From Octopus vulgaris (taxonomy: Eukaryota), in NCBI GenBank assembly GCA_951406725.2, contig OX597827.1, positions 50,778,001-50,842,000 of the forward strand: a stretch of 64,000 bases of DNA, written 5' to 3'. Shown piece after piece: positions 39,867 to 53,694 of this stretch; within the stretch, counting starts at the first letter, position 1, and the number at the start of each line of letters is the position of its first letter. The position numbers and the translations under genes were made by a program. Under the pieces are notes generated by a model, which was not told the origin of the DNA, made no database searches, and saw only the letters and a list, made by a program, of their open reading frames with translations.

Positions 39867-40959
39867 GCTAACTTAAGTAAGTTCCATGAAGATTTACTCA
39901 CCCTTTTCACTCTCTGTCTTACTCAGCATTCTCAGACAGTCTAGAATTGGATATAAATACTATAAGTGGAGAACCAATCTCATTTTGCTCATGGTTTACC
40001 TCAAGTCGTGTGGTGCAGATGACAAACAAAGGAAATTGTAGCATGTACAATATAAGGTGACAGAAGGGGGAGGTATATGAAATTCTGTTAAGGAAAATGT
40101 ACCAGTACAACTTTGACGAGGGGAAATTTAATAAAAACCATAAATATCATGTTAGATGAAGAAACACGGAAAAGAGAATTAGAGCAAGCTCTGGCTTACA
40201 ATACAAAACAATTAATGAATTAGTGTGGAACATATGTACAGTCAGATTCATATGTAAGAATAAGTTACGAATAATTAGCGCAATTAGCTGTAAAATAAAT
40301 GTCAAAATTATAGTAATAGGTACCAATACTGTAGCTCCCGTAACAAGTATAGTAATAGGTAACAGTACTGTAGCTCCCGTTTATAATAAGTTATAGTTAA
40401 ACAATTATATTTTCAGTTGAAAGTGAAATGAATTAACGACGTTATATAGGGAAAATAGTTCCACTAAATAAAAGATTGTATTTAAGTTGAAAATAAGGAG
40501 GATATCTAATAAAGAATGACGAAAATCTAATGCAACGAACTATAAAACATTATCAAATAAAAAAAAAACATTCTTAAATGTTTTTTCATGAAGCTAAGAA
40601 ATATAAACAGATAAGTCAAACTAGCGGCTATAACAATTTTGACGAAATTAAATAAGACAGAAGATTTTTAAAAAAAAGAAAGAAAATTTTTCAGCTCTAG
40701 CTGATAAATGCAGGACCCAAAGGCACTGGAGCAGAATACATATTATAATCACAGAATAGGTACAGAATGTAAAGAGACAGCATTCTTTCTGAGTACCTAA
40801 TATTCAGTTTTTGTGTGAGTGTGTGTATGTGTGCGCATAGGTATAAAAGGGTTGGAACTTTCATACATTGGAAATTATGTTAGGCCAGTATTATTTGGAA
40901 GCTAGAGCCATGGGTAGCACTTCGTGTCATCATTCGGCAGACTCAGTGAAACAAGAGTT

Positions 40960-41360
40960 TTCCATCAGGCTTGACCTGAGGCTGTACACACGAATAGCAA
41001 CTGATTGGAAAGCAATGTCAACGTGACCATATTCAGAAATATACCAATATACCAATCCATACAGACAAGAAGATTAAGGCGAATTGCTAGGACGTTATTA
41101 AGAAAAGTTATCAGCAATTTCTTCTAATCGATGGATCGATATCAAAAGTCGTCAATATACCTCTGCAAGAAATGGAGATCTATCCAAATACGAAGATCTC
41201 AGAATAAAGATTAATAGAATGTCATGATTGGAAATAGAAATAATGTTCACCGTAACAGGTAACTTGGAAATGATATAGAAAAGAACAGACGAATCCTAAC
41301 CAAAACTCCAGAGCTGACGCACATAAGGAATATACAGGAAAATAACATTATATGGCGCGA
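40960..41360 (+). pseudogene. R4/Dong-like LINE restriction-like endonuclease fragment
   Basis: NVTIF..IP / PIHTDKKIKANC*DVI...LLIDGSI...E / LSKYEDLRIKINRM...VTGNLEMI...TPEL...IQ / KITLYG corresponds to the HTD..I.ANRPD....LIDV.IP....EK..KY.DL..EI.RMW....GALG....IQK..L.G RLE motif. Confidence 0.78.
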
Positions 41361-41849
41361 ATAGTGGGTACAGAATGAATCTGAATTTACAAACTCTATG
41401 AAAAACTAATAAACTCCACGAAGAAGATAAAATTCTAAATAAACTTTACTCCTCGAGTCCTACTTATAAAACAGAAAGTGTAGAAATGGACTCGATAAGA
41501 ACGCGCTTCTGTATTTTACTGCTGTAGCTGTCTTTATTAAGATAAAGACAGATGCAATACATTCGAGTATATGAAAATGACATTTATTGGAATTAGTTTT
41601 TAATTCGAATTAAATAATTAGATTTTATATGAAGTTAAATATAATCTAACATAGAAAAATAACATTTCATGAATGCATAAGAAAAATAGTCTTGGACAGA
41701 GAACAAGCAACAAAAAAATAAAAGGCTTTAAACGTTAAAACCGTAAATCAAGAAAATGGTTCTAGTCTAACAAAATCAAGCCTCAATATCTATCAACCAA
41801 CAAAAGCCGAACTAGAACTAAATCAATGAAAATATATATTCATATTCAA

Positions 41850-42170
41850 TGAATAGAAAAATCTATATTACATTATTGCTGTTTGAATATGACAATATTA
41901 TAAAGGTGGAAACGGTTAAATGATTAAATTCTACATATCTTCCTATGGACGACGTAACATCTTTTTAGAGATCACGACAAACATTAAAAAGTAGAAAAAA
42001 ACTGAACTATCAGATACCTATTATGATCAGCTGTCAACATCAATATCGTCTCGATAAATCTATGCAGCGTCGCAATAATTACAATGAAAAGTAGGTATAG
42101 CCTCAAAATTTTCCATATAGGAATTGACAAACCTAAGTAAACAACGTAGAAAACCGACACATAGATCATG
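41850..42170 (+). pseudogene. Possible highly decayed PLE RT fragment
   Basis: MDDV (41945) and RKPTH (42148) occur at roughly the spacing of YxDD and YRKPTH in Penelope RTs; the rest is unreadable. Confidence 0.35.
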
Positions 42171-42204
42171 ATAACAATTATAAGTTAAGATCTGTCACTA
42201 TGTC

Positions 42205-42581
42205 AGGCGCAGGAGTGGCTGTGTGGTAAGTAGCTTGCTTACGAACCACATGGTTCTGGGTTCACTCCCACTGCGTGGCACCTTGGGCAAGTGTCTTTTA
42301 CTATAGACTCGGGCCAACCAAAGCCTTGTGAGTAGATTTGGTAGACGAAACTGAAAGAAGCCCGTCGTGTGGGGGGGGTGTTTATGTGTTTGTGTTTGTC
42401 CCCCCAACATCGCTTGACAACAGATGGTGGTGTGTTTACGTCCCCGTAACTTAGCGGTTAGAATAAGTACTAAGCTTACAAAGAATAAGTCCTGAGGTCG
42501 ATTTGCTCGACTAAAGGCGGTGCTCCAGCATGGCCACAGTCAAATGACTGAAACAAATAAACGAGTAAAGAGTAAAGAGTA
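42205..42581 (+). mobile_element. SINE family A, full length
   Basis: Family A head, body and tail with (gtaaaga)n end. Confidence 0.92.
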
Positions 42582-42992
42582 TGAAATGAGATCGACGGAA
42601 TCAAATAAATTAAAAAGACATATTTTTTTGAAAAAAACATAATCTGAAGCGAAAGCATGTTTCAAGCAAGAATTTTTACTAAATTCCCAAAAATCCATGT
42701 TTAGGAAGAGAACTACATTTTTAAAAACAAAACATTTTGTTTCTAGCAAAAAGTAACACAAAAATATATAAAACAAAAATTAAAGAAACATTAACAAACA
42801 AAGCAGAAAACTTTAGGAGCGAATAAGTACCTTTTGTGAGCCCCAAAATAATACTCATGGAACTAAAAAAAAATCTTATGAATGAATAATAATCCAAGAA
42901 ATAAACCATGCTTTAAAAGAAATGCAAAAAAAAAAACAAAAATGTGGTCGATGCATTCGACTAAAATTTTTCAAGGCTTCATATTGTTCTAG

Positions 42993-43099
42993 ATGATCAA
43001 TTTTCGTCCTCTGTCACCAATCTCTTCAAAAAAGTACCGTTTTCTTCATGTTTCTACAATGAATCACAGGTGGCAATCCGCTGGACCTGAGCATCAAAC
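42993..43099 (-). mobile_element. Mariner transposase fragment, near-identical to 47311-47448
   Basis: Encodes ...IATCDSL*KHEENGTFLKRLVTEDE; carries a deletion between two gctgga microhomologies relative to the 47.3-kb copy. Confidence 0.85.
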
Positions 43100-45449
43100 T
43101 CGAATGAAAAGCGCTAAACTTCCAGCTAAAATATCTAATACCCTTAAAGTCATTGCATATTATCCAATGGTTTACTGAAAGATCAAACAAAAAGGATCTG
43201 AATGGATTCCAATAGAAGACCATCACAACCCTAACACAGCATTAAATCCACCAAACTAAAGACTCATAATCTGATATCAATTTTATCACCTGAAAAAATA
43301 AAATGCTTTCAGAAAGAATGCCTCCCACGTAGGGTTTATATTACTGCAAAAACCAGTTACTGACGGTTGTTTAACTGAAAACATGAGGAGAAAAGCGATA
43401 CGATAATAGCATGGGTTGATAATCAGAAATCTTTAGACAGTCCTCTACATTGGGAAGTTCTGAAAAGTTTTATCACTAGCAAGTTAATCTCAATGACAAG
43501 CAGATACGAGACTTGTAAATACATACAAATCCATATACTAAAGAGAGTACAGTGCAGGCACTTACAACTCCATATATCAAAGCGAGTACAGCGCATATAA
43601 ATGAAAGAAATGGTTAGGAAGCAATACACGTAATAAGGTACAGTAGTGAAGTACAGTCATGTTTTCAACTGTAGCTGAGTGAAATAGCAAGAAAGCAAAG
43701 AAGATAGTGATGTCCTTTAGAGTACATGAAAAAACTGACACAGAAAGATTGCACTTACTTTGAACGCAAATTCGTGATTGTTTTCTGCAATTTGTAAACA
43801 ATTAGAAGTGGTTCGCTTGCATGTGTACAATTGGAGAATATTTCTTTCAATAGGAAATTAGACTCTATCACCAACTGTTTACTCTCCATGAAAATATGTC
43901 AGGAAAGCCAACGATGCTTTAATGAATCAGTCTGCAATCCCTCTCACCTTTAAACTTTGTCCAAGCTTTCCATTCTCTTACTCTGAGGATCACTGCTGAT
44001 TTTCTAAAAATTTTAAACCCTCTACTCCTCTATTATGACAAAGCCGTTGCATTTCTGTCTGTTTTAATTCTCACCCCACACTCAGCATTCATAATGAAAC
44101 ACCTCGCTGACTCTCCTGTCTCACGGCATCATACATATAGTCACTAAGTGAGAATGCTTATTCTATCACTCCAGCCCAATAAGACATCTGGTTCTAGATG
44201 TGGTTTTGGCATTAAGCTCAAATTTGAACGCTATCATGAAACGAACCGTAGGAAAAAAAAAAGAAATGTAAATTCGAGAGGTATGCAGGTGTTAGGTAGG
44301 GCTATAGCTGAGACATTATAAGAATTATCAAGAGAGGAAAGGGGGTTACACTGGGTTGCTCAACTAGCGATAGCAGCGACAGAGTACAGAATAGTCATAT
44401 TATCTAACAATTGAAAGGAAACCGAAACGCTGCTGTTATGAATTAAATATGATAATTTATATATTCATAAGGAACCTTATGTTAAATAACTTATTAAGAG
44501 TAACCTAACCCTATTTGTTATGTATATGCTTACAATTAGATTCCAATCATTGAACTCACCTACGAAATATATATGTTATCTCCAGCAGAGTATTAAAATA
44601 TAATTCAACGAAAGTAGTGTGATAAGATATTGATATTATCTCTGCGTGGGTTTCTATTAAAGCTGTATTTTCTTTCCTTCAGAACACTGAAATAAATACC
44701 GCCATCGTTTTACTCTATAATTTGCATTAAACTTCTTTTTAAAAGCCTATTTTAATAGTGAAACATTGAAAAGAGTTCTGCCAATAAACAAATACTAGGT
44801 TGGTATATGATGTAAAAAAGAACTGTTGAGAAAAAGAGAATTCAAAGAAAAGAAAAACGAAATTATTTACAGTTTAAAGAAAATAACATATAACGGCGCA
44901 GAGAAGAAAGTAAAGAGCGGTGTATCGCGGCAATAGGGAAGGGTAATGAAAGCGGAAGATTCCGATTGTTGGAAATTGAGAAATAATAAATGTTTAAGAT
45001 TTCATGGAGAATTGCAAGGATTTAGCGAAGATCGATGGCTAAAGAAAGAGAACAAAACAAAAAAAAAGGAAAAGATTAAGTAAAAATTATAATGACTAAA
45101 AATATAAATCATAGTTATTGGAAGTTTATAATTTGAAGACTAATCAGCTGAGACGGTATATGGAGAAAGAGAGAAAGAGAGAAATAGAGAGACATAGACA
45201 GAGAGAGGGCGGCAGAGACAGAGAAAGAGGGGAAACAAGTAAGCAGACTAAAAGATTTAACTGAAAATTTAAAGTTATAAAATAGTTTTCAAATTACAAA
45301 CTAAAATTTTGTTGCCAGAGAATATACACAATTGCATTTGTGCATTTGTGCGTGTGTGATTGCACGTTTGCATATGCTTTCGCTTGTGCGTGAGCATATT
45401 TGTGTGAATGTAAAAATAATATGTATCATGAGTTTTAATGATTGAATAA

Positions 45450-45517
<68 letters not shown>

Positions 45518-45665
45518 GTATGTGTGTGAGTGTGTGTGTTCATATGCGGCTCATAAAAGTTTGTGTGTAAGTGTCGGAAAGCATGCATTGTATGCATATA
45601 TATGTGTGTGTGTGCGTGTAAATTTATATATCTGCCTTACTTGTACACACATACATACTTTCTCT

Positions 45666-45712
<47 letters not shown>

Positions 45713-45802
45713 ACACGAGAGAAAGTATGTGTGTGTGTAAATTTATGTATCTGCCTTACTTGTACACAAATTCATACTTTCTCTCGTGTCGATATATATA
45801 TT

Positions 45803-45873
<71 letters not shown>

Positions 45874-45939
45874 GCATACACATACGCGCGCGCACACACA
45901 CACACATACACTCGCGCACACTCGCACACACACACACTG

Positions 45940-46960
45940 AAGAAACTGATGCAAGCTGAAAGTAATGTAAACGATGCAGGAGAAGGATGGCAGTCTATAG
46001 AGCAGAGGTAACGGAGCTCAAACAGATGGATGCGATTAGCGAAAACAGTGGAAAGCCTCGGAGCATACTGTTGAGAGAAATTGAAGGGACGTTACTAGGC
46101 CAAGTGGCACTTTATTGCTTTGAAATGAAGTACCCAGAGTTGTTTCTGTACTTGGGTCGCATGTACACGGGGAGGTAGGTGATACACGCAGGGTGGCGAA
46201 CAAAAGTTTTGGGGTGGTTTTGTCGAATGTGTGTGCATAAATGTGCGAGTGCGTGCGCAGGCATTGGCGGGGATTTGGATTCGAAATGGGCAGTAAATTT
46301 GCAAGTTTCCATTCCTAGAATACTGTTGACAGAAAGCTCTAGTTTGAGGGATGGCGAATGGGAGGATGCCATTAAACTAGAAGAAAACCTCTTGACAAAG
46401 GACCAAAAGGGCCAGCAACTCTCTACGCGGTAAAGGGAACTTGCAGTAGTTTGAGAGCCAACAAGTGGGCCTTTATACGGTCTCTTATCTTGCTAGTTAT
46501 AACAACTAAATTTCCTTCAAATCATGACTGGTATGCTTCTGATTATAGATCTTTGCGAGCGGGTCTAAACTGCTGCATTTTCTTTCCTTGGAAAGAGTAA
46601 TGAGAGATAGACATGTGTAATACTGGATGTGAGATAGTCAACCAGTAGTTATGTTCTGAGAAGTTGGGAGTGTTGTGGAAAACGCAGATCAATTCAGAGA
46701 AGATATGGAAGAATGGTGTTAGCTACAGATCATACCTTCAGATATAGGCCAGAAATAAGGCCAAGAAACTTATCGCAGCAAGCAACGTGATATGTGACTT
46801 GCAGTTTAGTAGGAAGTTGTGTGCGGAGTCCATGTTCGACAGAAGTGCAGAGATGTTACCATGAAGGAAAGAGAATATTTTAGGGAATTAAAGGTGTTCT
46901 TGCATAGTTGTAAGTTTATTTGATGTAGTTTTTGTTGTGGCTTTGATCTCTAAATAGCTT
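45940..46960 (-). pseudogene. Possible decayed CR1/jockey-group LINE fragments
   Basis: Weak by-eye similarity: ELI..FHN....HNYWL (AP-endonuclease-like) and post-YADD-like SSHSP..KLE.SVN segments. Confidence 0.3.
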
Positions 46961-47279
46961 GGCTGGATGTGAAAGGCCGCGAGGGAGCCTTTCGAAATGC
47001 TTGATATAACACTTGTCACAAACTGGTTAGCTTGCGGTTGTTATTTAGTCCTGACTGATCAAAAATATGATTAAAGACGTTCCACCCATGATCATCACAC
47101 TTTTTTAAACAGGTATTTGGTATCTAAGACTATATTATCCAACGTACTTATCCCTCCTCAAGATTTTTCAGTCACTTGAAATAGATGTTTGAAAACTGAT
47201 AACAGAATTCCAAAAAATTAATCTCACAGCCAATGTATCTTTAATCAACGGACAAAATCATCACGAGAGTTTCTTTCTA

Positions 47280-47770
47280 TTTATATGGTTTTCACATAGA
47301 ACTTCTGAAAATGATCCATTTTCGTCCTCTGTCACCAGTCTCTTCAAAAAAGTACCGTTTTCTTCATGTTTCTACAATGAATCACAGGTGGCAATCTGCT
47401 GGATGATGCTAACCTCATTCAATTGATGCTGGACCTGAGCATCAAACTTACTAATGTAACCAAGTTAATGCAAATTCCTTTTCAAAACTCGATCTGAACA
47501 TTTGGGGAATATCTGAGATCATCTTGGTCGTATAACGGGAGTTAGTATTGCTATTAATCTCAGTTGGCTGGTAACAGCGAGGGACATCTTAAGCGGAAAA
47601 ATTTCCCGATCGAAATCTTGAAAATCACATGTGACACAGGTTCCGTAACAACATCCTCTTCGTACATAACACATATCTTCCTACAGGTTTCCGCCACTTG
47701 CTTGATTTTTTTTTTTTTAAATGAAAAAGTATGAGGTGTCGATAATGTTCGATTTGGTGCTCTATTTTCA
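47280..47770 (-). pseudogene. Mariner transposase, N-terminal half, decayed
   Basis: EHYRHLILFH...ETCRKICVMYEEDVV...FSRFRSGNFS.*DVPR...RYTT..I...LH*LGYISKFDAQVQHQL....IATCDSL*....FLKRLVTEDE matches the mariner HTH, WVPHEL and TGDEKW motifs. Confidence 0.88.
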
Positions 47771-48141
47771 GGGTGTCAAGTATCTAACGAGTGTGCATGC
47801 GCAAAAGACAGACTGTTCTTGTCCTCCATACAATCATATTTGAGTTATAACCATTTTAAATGCTATGTAGGACATGAAGGCAAAAATGTGATGATAAACT
47901 GACTTTGGGAAGAATGACCAGTAGGTGAAGTAGTAGTTACAGTGAAACTCTGTGGTTCGTATTGAGTTTAAAAAGGGTAAGGTGTAGGGAAGACAAAGGA
48001 AGTCATAGGGAAAACGTAACAATTAACGGTGTCTGGGTTGTTGAAAATGAGACTGCGAGTTTTGTAATATTTGAAATGAATTTTGAAAAATATCTTGAAG
48101 TAGTTATAACCAAACTACGATGACACTTTTTTATATGTATA

Positions 48142-48439
48142 CTAGCAGTATCGCCCGGCGTTGCTCGGGTTTGTAAGGGAAATAACTATATAAGCATTTT
48201 TAGAGAGTTCCCTTATATAATAGCAAAAAAATGCATTAAAAATGAGAAAAATTATGGTAAATTTTTTTTTAAATCGTAGACTCATCGTAGACGCGCGCTA
48301 ATACCCAGAAGGGCTCGATATGAATCACGACTATAAGATACCCGCTTTTGGTTAAACTGCACCGCAAAATTTGGGAGTAGTTAGGAATCTAAATCGTAGG
48401 AGACAGACACTCACACAACTTCACTTTTATATATAAAGA
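48142..48439 (-). mobile_element. Non-autonomous Helitron, complete
   Basis: Minus strand begins TC (tctttatatataaaag) and ends with GC-rich hairpin cccgagcaacgccggg + 8 nt + CTAG. Inserted between A and T, no TSD. Confidence 0.9.
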
Positions 48440-49770
48440 TTTAAATGTTACTTTAATCTACATCAAATGGGTCTTTTCTTTGCAAACACAACCTTCCTGT
48501 TGAAAGTAGGCAAGAATTTTAATCATCTGACAATAGTTTAGTTATCTATTTTTTTTTTCTCGCAGCACTATTTTAATCCCACAACATAGATTTTTAGGAG
48601 AAAAACAAGTATTGTTGTTATTATATACTTTAATTTTATTCGTGAAATCTTTCAGTTTCTCTTCCAACATAAACATTATATAATTATATAATTATATCCG
48701 AAATACTTTTAACTTTCCTTAAATGTGATTTGAAAGCCAAAATGCCTGGATTTAATGTAGTCTTCAAGAAACAAATAAGGATAATAATAATAATCATAAT
48801 AAAAACAAGCTTTAGATTGACTAAACGTGAGGAGATATTTATTGATATCATATCATCATCCTGATGTATCGCCCCATACCACCTCGATTTCTTCGACAAC
48901 ACAAGCTCTAATATATTTAATTCCATGTCTTTTTCCCTTTTCCCCTTTTATTACAAATATTTTCCACCAGCATTATCGACTTCTTTTTCTACCTATACTT
49001 CTCACAGTGTTTGCCTTCTTTGCGCTACAACTTCCTCCCACTCAATCAGCTTAGGAAGAGGGGTTGGAGGATGTCTCACGCATTCTGTCCTTCCCTACTT
49101 CAGCTTTCTATCTATCTATCGTTGAGTACTTCTAGTTCCTAAAAACCCACGCTGACCTATTCTTACACGCACAAACATCCAAACATATATGTGTATGTGA
49201 GGGGAGTGTTCACACAGACACGTGTGTATGTGAATATATTTGAGTATAATAATATGTGTGAGTGTGTGTGTTCGAAATTTTTTATCGTTAGAATTATTTA
49301 TTCTAATTCTAAATTTTCTATATCGTTCGCTACCCTTTTGATTCACTTCTTTCCCTTTCCAAACCAAAATATAAATCAATCGATATAACACTCAAAACTA
49401 TTTTGTTTTCTTCTTGTTATTACCTGAAGTGAGGAGGCAGTTGTTTTTCTTGTTGCTAGCTCCCTTGTGCTTGCTAATGTGCTTCGACTACAGCTGCTGC
49501 TAATACTACTTTACTTTCAATATAACAAACAAAACTACTATTTCATACGTTACATAGACATTCCGGTTCAAAATCAAATGCACACCGTTAAATTGACACT
49601 GCAATTACTTCCATCCATATCAGAAACAAGCGAACTCAGCACTGTTGCCTAGCCTTCTGGAAACAGCAGTCAAATCTGTATCCAATCGCAGCAAATTATT
49701 TTAGATAAAAACGGTACACAGGACAATGTTTAACGGTTAATGATATTCGTTGCAACCAAGGGTCACCAAT

Positions 49771-50460
49771 TGTAACGGTTTGTTGTTAAGGTGTTGGTTG
49801 CCAGTGAGCAAGATGGAAGAAGAACATTGATTGAAGTTGTAAAGAGATATTTTTATTTACCGTTACTTTGTATATATCCAAAACCACGACGGGTTTCTAT
49901 GTATAATTAGTAAATGGAAAAGCATACGAGGTAAAAAAAAAAAAAAAGAGAGTTAATTTCGGCCGGTATGTGCGTATACGATCTCATAGTAGTATATATA
50001 GAGAGATATAGTAATGTTACAGAGAAAAGAAAGTGAGTTAGTGAAAGTGAGAGAGTCGAGGGAAGTTGTCTCGCATAGTCGCTAATTGTAACTTTCTTTT
50101 TCTCTCTGTCCGTTTGGTCTCTAGTGGCTGCCTGCTTGTGGCCATAACTCTAGTTGTCCATTCACACTCATTGATGGTCGCTCTCATTAACTGACTTTGT
50201 CTTACAGAGTTCTTGTTTTTATAACTATCCAAAACTAGCCAGAAGGACAGTCATATTGTTGAGAACAATAGATTTCGTTGGCGGTCAGTTATCTCTATTC
50301 TAGCCAGTGGTGGCCTAGAAGAGGTTAGACGGATCAAGTGGCGAAGACATTATTCTGGCTTAGCGATGGCATCTACCGTGAGAAAAGTGCTGTTGAACTG
50401 TTCAGTGAAATTTGACTATCGAGGATCGAATCCACGCTATGCCTGCATGAAGCCGCTACA
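49771..50460 (-). mobile_element. Possible solo LTR
   Basis: Termini tgtaacgg...ccgctaca (TG...CA, 7/8 inverted). TATA-like run ~49995 and AATAAA ~49855 on the minus strand. No TSD visible. Confidence 0.3.
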
Positions 50461-50950
50461 TGTAATCCCTCGATTACATGTAGTGATTACATGAAGCCAC
50501 TAGACTGTAATTCTTCGACGGGATAACCACTGCTCAAAAATTATAACATAAACAACAATGGCTCAATATTTAAAATTTGTAAAATTTGAGGACCTCATTA
50601 TCTTTTGTTTTGTCATTATCAGTCCGTTAATGAGAGATACAATAGTATAGTACCGTAGGTTCGAACCAAGAAATTAGAAAAGTGTGTTTATTATATACTA
50701 GCAACGGAAACACTATGATAAAATATAAAGTGTTCACATTATATTCCAGTTATTGTCCTTCTTTATACTTATTAAAGTATTGTATTTTGGATAGTTTATT
50801 GTAATTTTAAATTTTACTCAATTTTGTCAACCCCACAAAGTGGAAAAGCAGTTGACCAGGGCATGATTTGAACTCAGAACATAAAGAACAGTAACTAAAT
50901 ACTGAAAACATTTTGATCGACTCCGGTCAGCCTCAGAAGCAACATTCAAC

Positions 50951-51063
50951 TACGAGTGGTGTACGAAAAGTCTTGAGCCTCAAAAAAACAAAACATGGTA
51001 CAAGATTTCTTATGAAGGTACAAGATCTCAAGGCTCAAAGGCCTTGAAGGTTCAAAACTCGTA
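50951..51063. mobile_element. Tiny mariner-type MITE
   Basis: TA-flanked degenerate inverted ends tacgagt...ttgagcct / aggctcaa...actcgta. Confidence 0.45.
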
Positions 51064-51533
51064 TGTGTCTTTTTTCTATTTGAGACAGTAGGGTATAATT
51101 TAAAGGATTTCTATTTTCATCTGGTCTAGCGATTGCTCAGAGACTTCCTCGCTGATTTTATCCACAAAAATGTACTGAGAAAACCTACAACAAACAACAT
51201 ATGTACCCGTTCAACCGATAAGTATTTCTTTAACTTGCTTTACTAAAATCACATCTGTACACATCAATGCATTGCAAACTGTAGTCAGGCCAAACACAAT
51301 AACAGCTTCCTATGATGTAGATGGAACTCATACGCTGTAGTGGATGGAAAACGGAGAGCAGAATATAAGGTGTGCATATATTCTCTGAAGATCATAAATA
51401 GTCGACTCTAATAGGGAATTGAGCCTAAAAGTTAAAGATCCACAGCACGACGGAACTGTATAAACAATTTACAGTATCAAATACTACGGTAGGGAAGGAC
51501 TCGTGTGCGTGTTTGTGTGTGTGTGTGTGTGCG

Positions 51534-51600
<67 letters not shown>

Positions 51601-53272
51601 TTATATTATTTTGATAACGCAGTAGGTTAGATAGAATTATGTCTATATTACAATAACCAATATGTTGTGCATGTATAGAACCTTAGGGTGCCGGGGAACC
51701 CCGGTTGAGAAACGCTGCATTCATGTGTCAACATATGTAACTTGTTTAAAAAGAAAACATATTCTTCGCTAATACATGACGCACTGCATAACGTGTGCTT
51801 GGAGCCATTGTAGAAGTGAGGCAGTTTACATTCTCTGTAAAACACAAAAGAGAAAACTGAAAATGCAGTATGAAATATAACAAAAATGTTTCTTCGTAAT
51901 ATTGGCACTGGTATAGGCTTTATATTGAAATCAATCGATACAGGATTAGAAATTCGTTATTTAACTCGTGATTAATTTTATAACCTTTTCAGGATAACTA
52001 CGAAAGTTTTTTTCTCCTTTGTGTAGTTCACCGAAGTCGAAAAGCAAAATGTTTGCAACGGTAAAATCAAGCCACCCCTTCCGTTTTCTTTTCCTTTTTC
52101 TTTTTCCTTTTTTTTATTTTCTGCCTTTTATTACAATGCTTTGCTTTTTAAATGAGCTCCGTTTTTATGTTCAATTGAACTTCTGGAATTTCTCTTCTCA
52201 AAATAATCAACGTTTTACTATTATAAAATATCAACAATGACAAAATGGAATAGTAGTGATGGTGGTGTGTGTGTGTGTGTTGATTTTATTGTACATATTT
52301 ATGTAATAGATGGTGGTGAATTGCAGAAATGTTAAAGATGCCAGATAATATGCCTTCTATTATATATTTACATCCTGTTACGCCTATTCCTTTCATCTCT
52401 TCAAATTCGATAAAATAATACCAGTTATATACTGAAGACTATTGAATCAACTTTCATTTGTATTAATATAACTCACTCTTATTCTGTCTATAGAGTTAAA
52501 TTTCGTCTATGGAGTGGAATTCTGTTTTGCGGGTGGAATTGTATATCGTTCTCTCATTTTAATAAACAACTTTGACTTCGAAACTATCAAGTCTTTTCAT
52601 TTTTACTTCATTGATACTATGGGCCTGATTCAAAGTTCTATGCGCCTCGACTTCACCAGCAAATATTTGCCTTGAACGTTGTCAAGATAGATGATTATTG
52701 TTGCTTATGATATTACAATATTGAATCGCAGGTTTCTCTCTCATTCACTCTTTTAGTCAGTTTATAGAAATTCATTTACATTATGTTAACGTTTTACCAG
52801 ATGTGTGCATCTTTTAAAGAATTGCTCCTGTGCGAGCGCGCACGTGTTGGTGGGGGGGGTGATGGATCCACACTTTCAATTTTGGTTCTTAAAAAAATTT
52901 TGGTACATCTGACACATTGCTATTGCAACCAATCCACGAGCAATGAATTTCTAGCACTTAAGCCGCTGCTCGGTTTAACACCTGGCCCCTTGAAAGACAA
53001 ATTGAGTTCACTTTTTCGGTTTAAAGATTACGTCCTTTGTCTCTATATTTGCCTCGGAGGCCTTGTAAAGGACCATGAGCAATGCTTTTCCTCCTGACTA
53101 ACAGATAAAATAAAAGGGAAAAAATCATTTAAATCATATTGAGATTCGTGATTACACCCACCACCCGATTTTTCTCAGTGAGTCGATGATGTACCACTGA
53201 ATTCATTATGAAGAATCTATGAAGGTTCTTTGGGGCCAGAAGAGAGTTGTACAAGAGGAACAGAACTGTGTG

Positions 53273-53694
53273 TATCGCAGGCGCAGCTGTGTGGTAAGAA
53301 GCTTGCTTCACAATCACATGGTTTCGGGTTTAGTCTCACTGCGTCGAACATTGGGCAAGTGTCTTATACTTGAGCCAACCAAAACCTTGTTGTGGAGGCA
53401 CATGGCCTAGTGGCTAGAGCAGCGGACTCGCGGTTGAAGGATCGCGGGTTCGAATCTCAGACCGGGCGATGTGTGTGCTTATGAGCGAAACACCTAAGCT
53501 CCACGCGGTTCCGGCAGAAGGTAATGGCGAAACTTCTGCTGACTCTTTCGCCACAACTTTCTCTCACTCTTTCCTCCTGCATCTAGCAGCTCACCTGCGA
53601 CGGACCGGCGTCCCGTCCAGGTGGGGAACCTATACGTCAAGGAAACCGGGAAACCGGCCCTTATGAGCCAGGCATGGCTCGAGAAGGAACAAAC
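53273..53694 (+). mobile_element. Chimeric SINE: decayed family A head fused to a family C-headed SINE with a different tail; 14-bp TSD
   Basis: A-type head at 53279-53389. C-type head tgtggaggcacatggcctagtgg... from 53391, with tail cctgcgacggaccggcgtcccgtccagg...gaacaaac. Direct repeat aacagaactgtgtg at 53259-53272 and 53695-53708. Confidence 0.82.

Noticed and set aside
43180-43890. Cluster of minus-strand splice-like signals (two gtaagtg donors, several tttcag acceptors)
   Set aside because: No exon chain with a continuous reading frame could be assembled.
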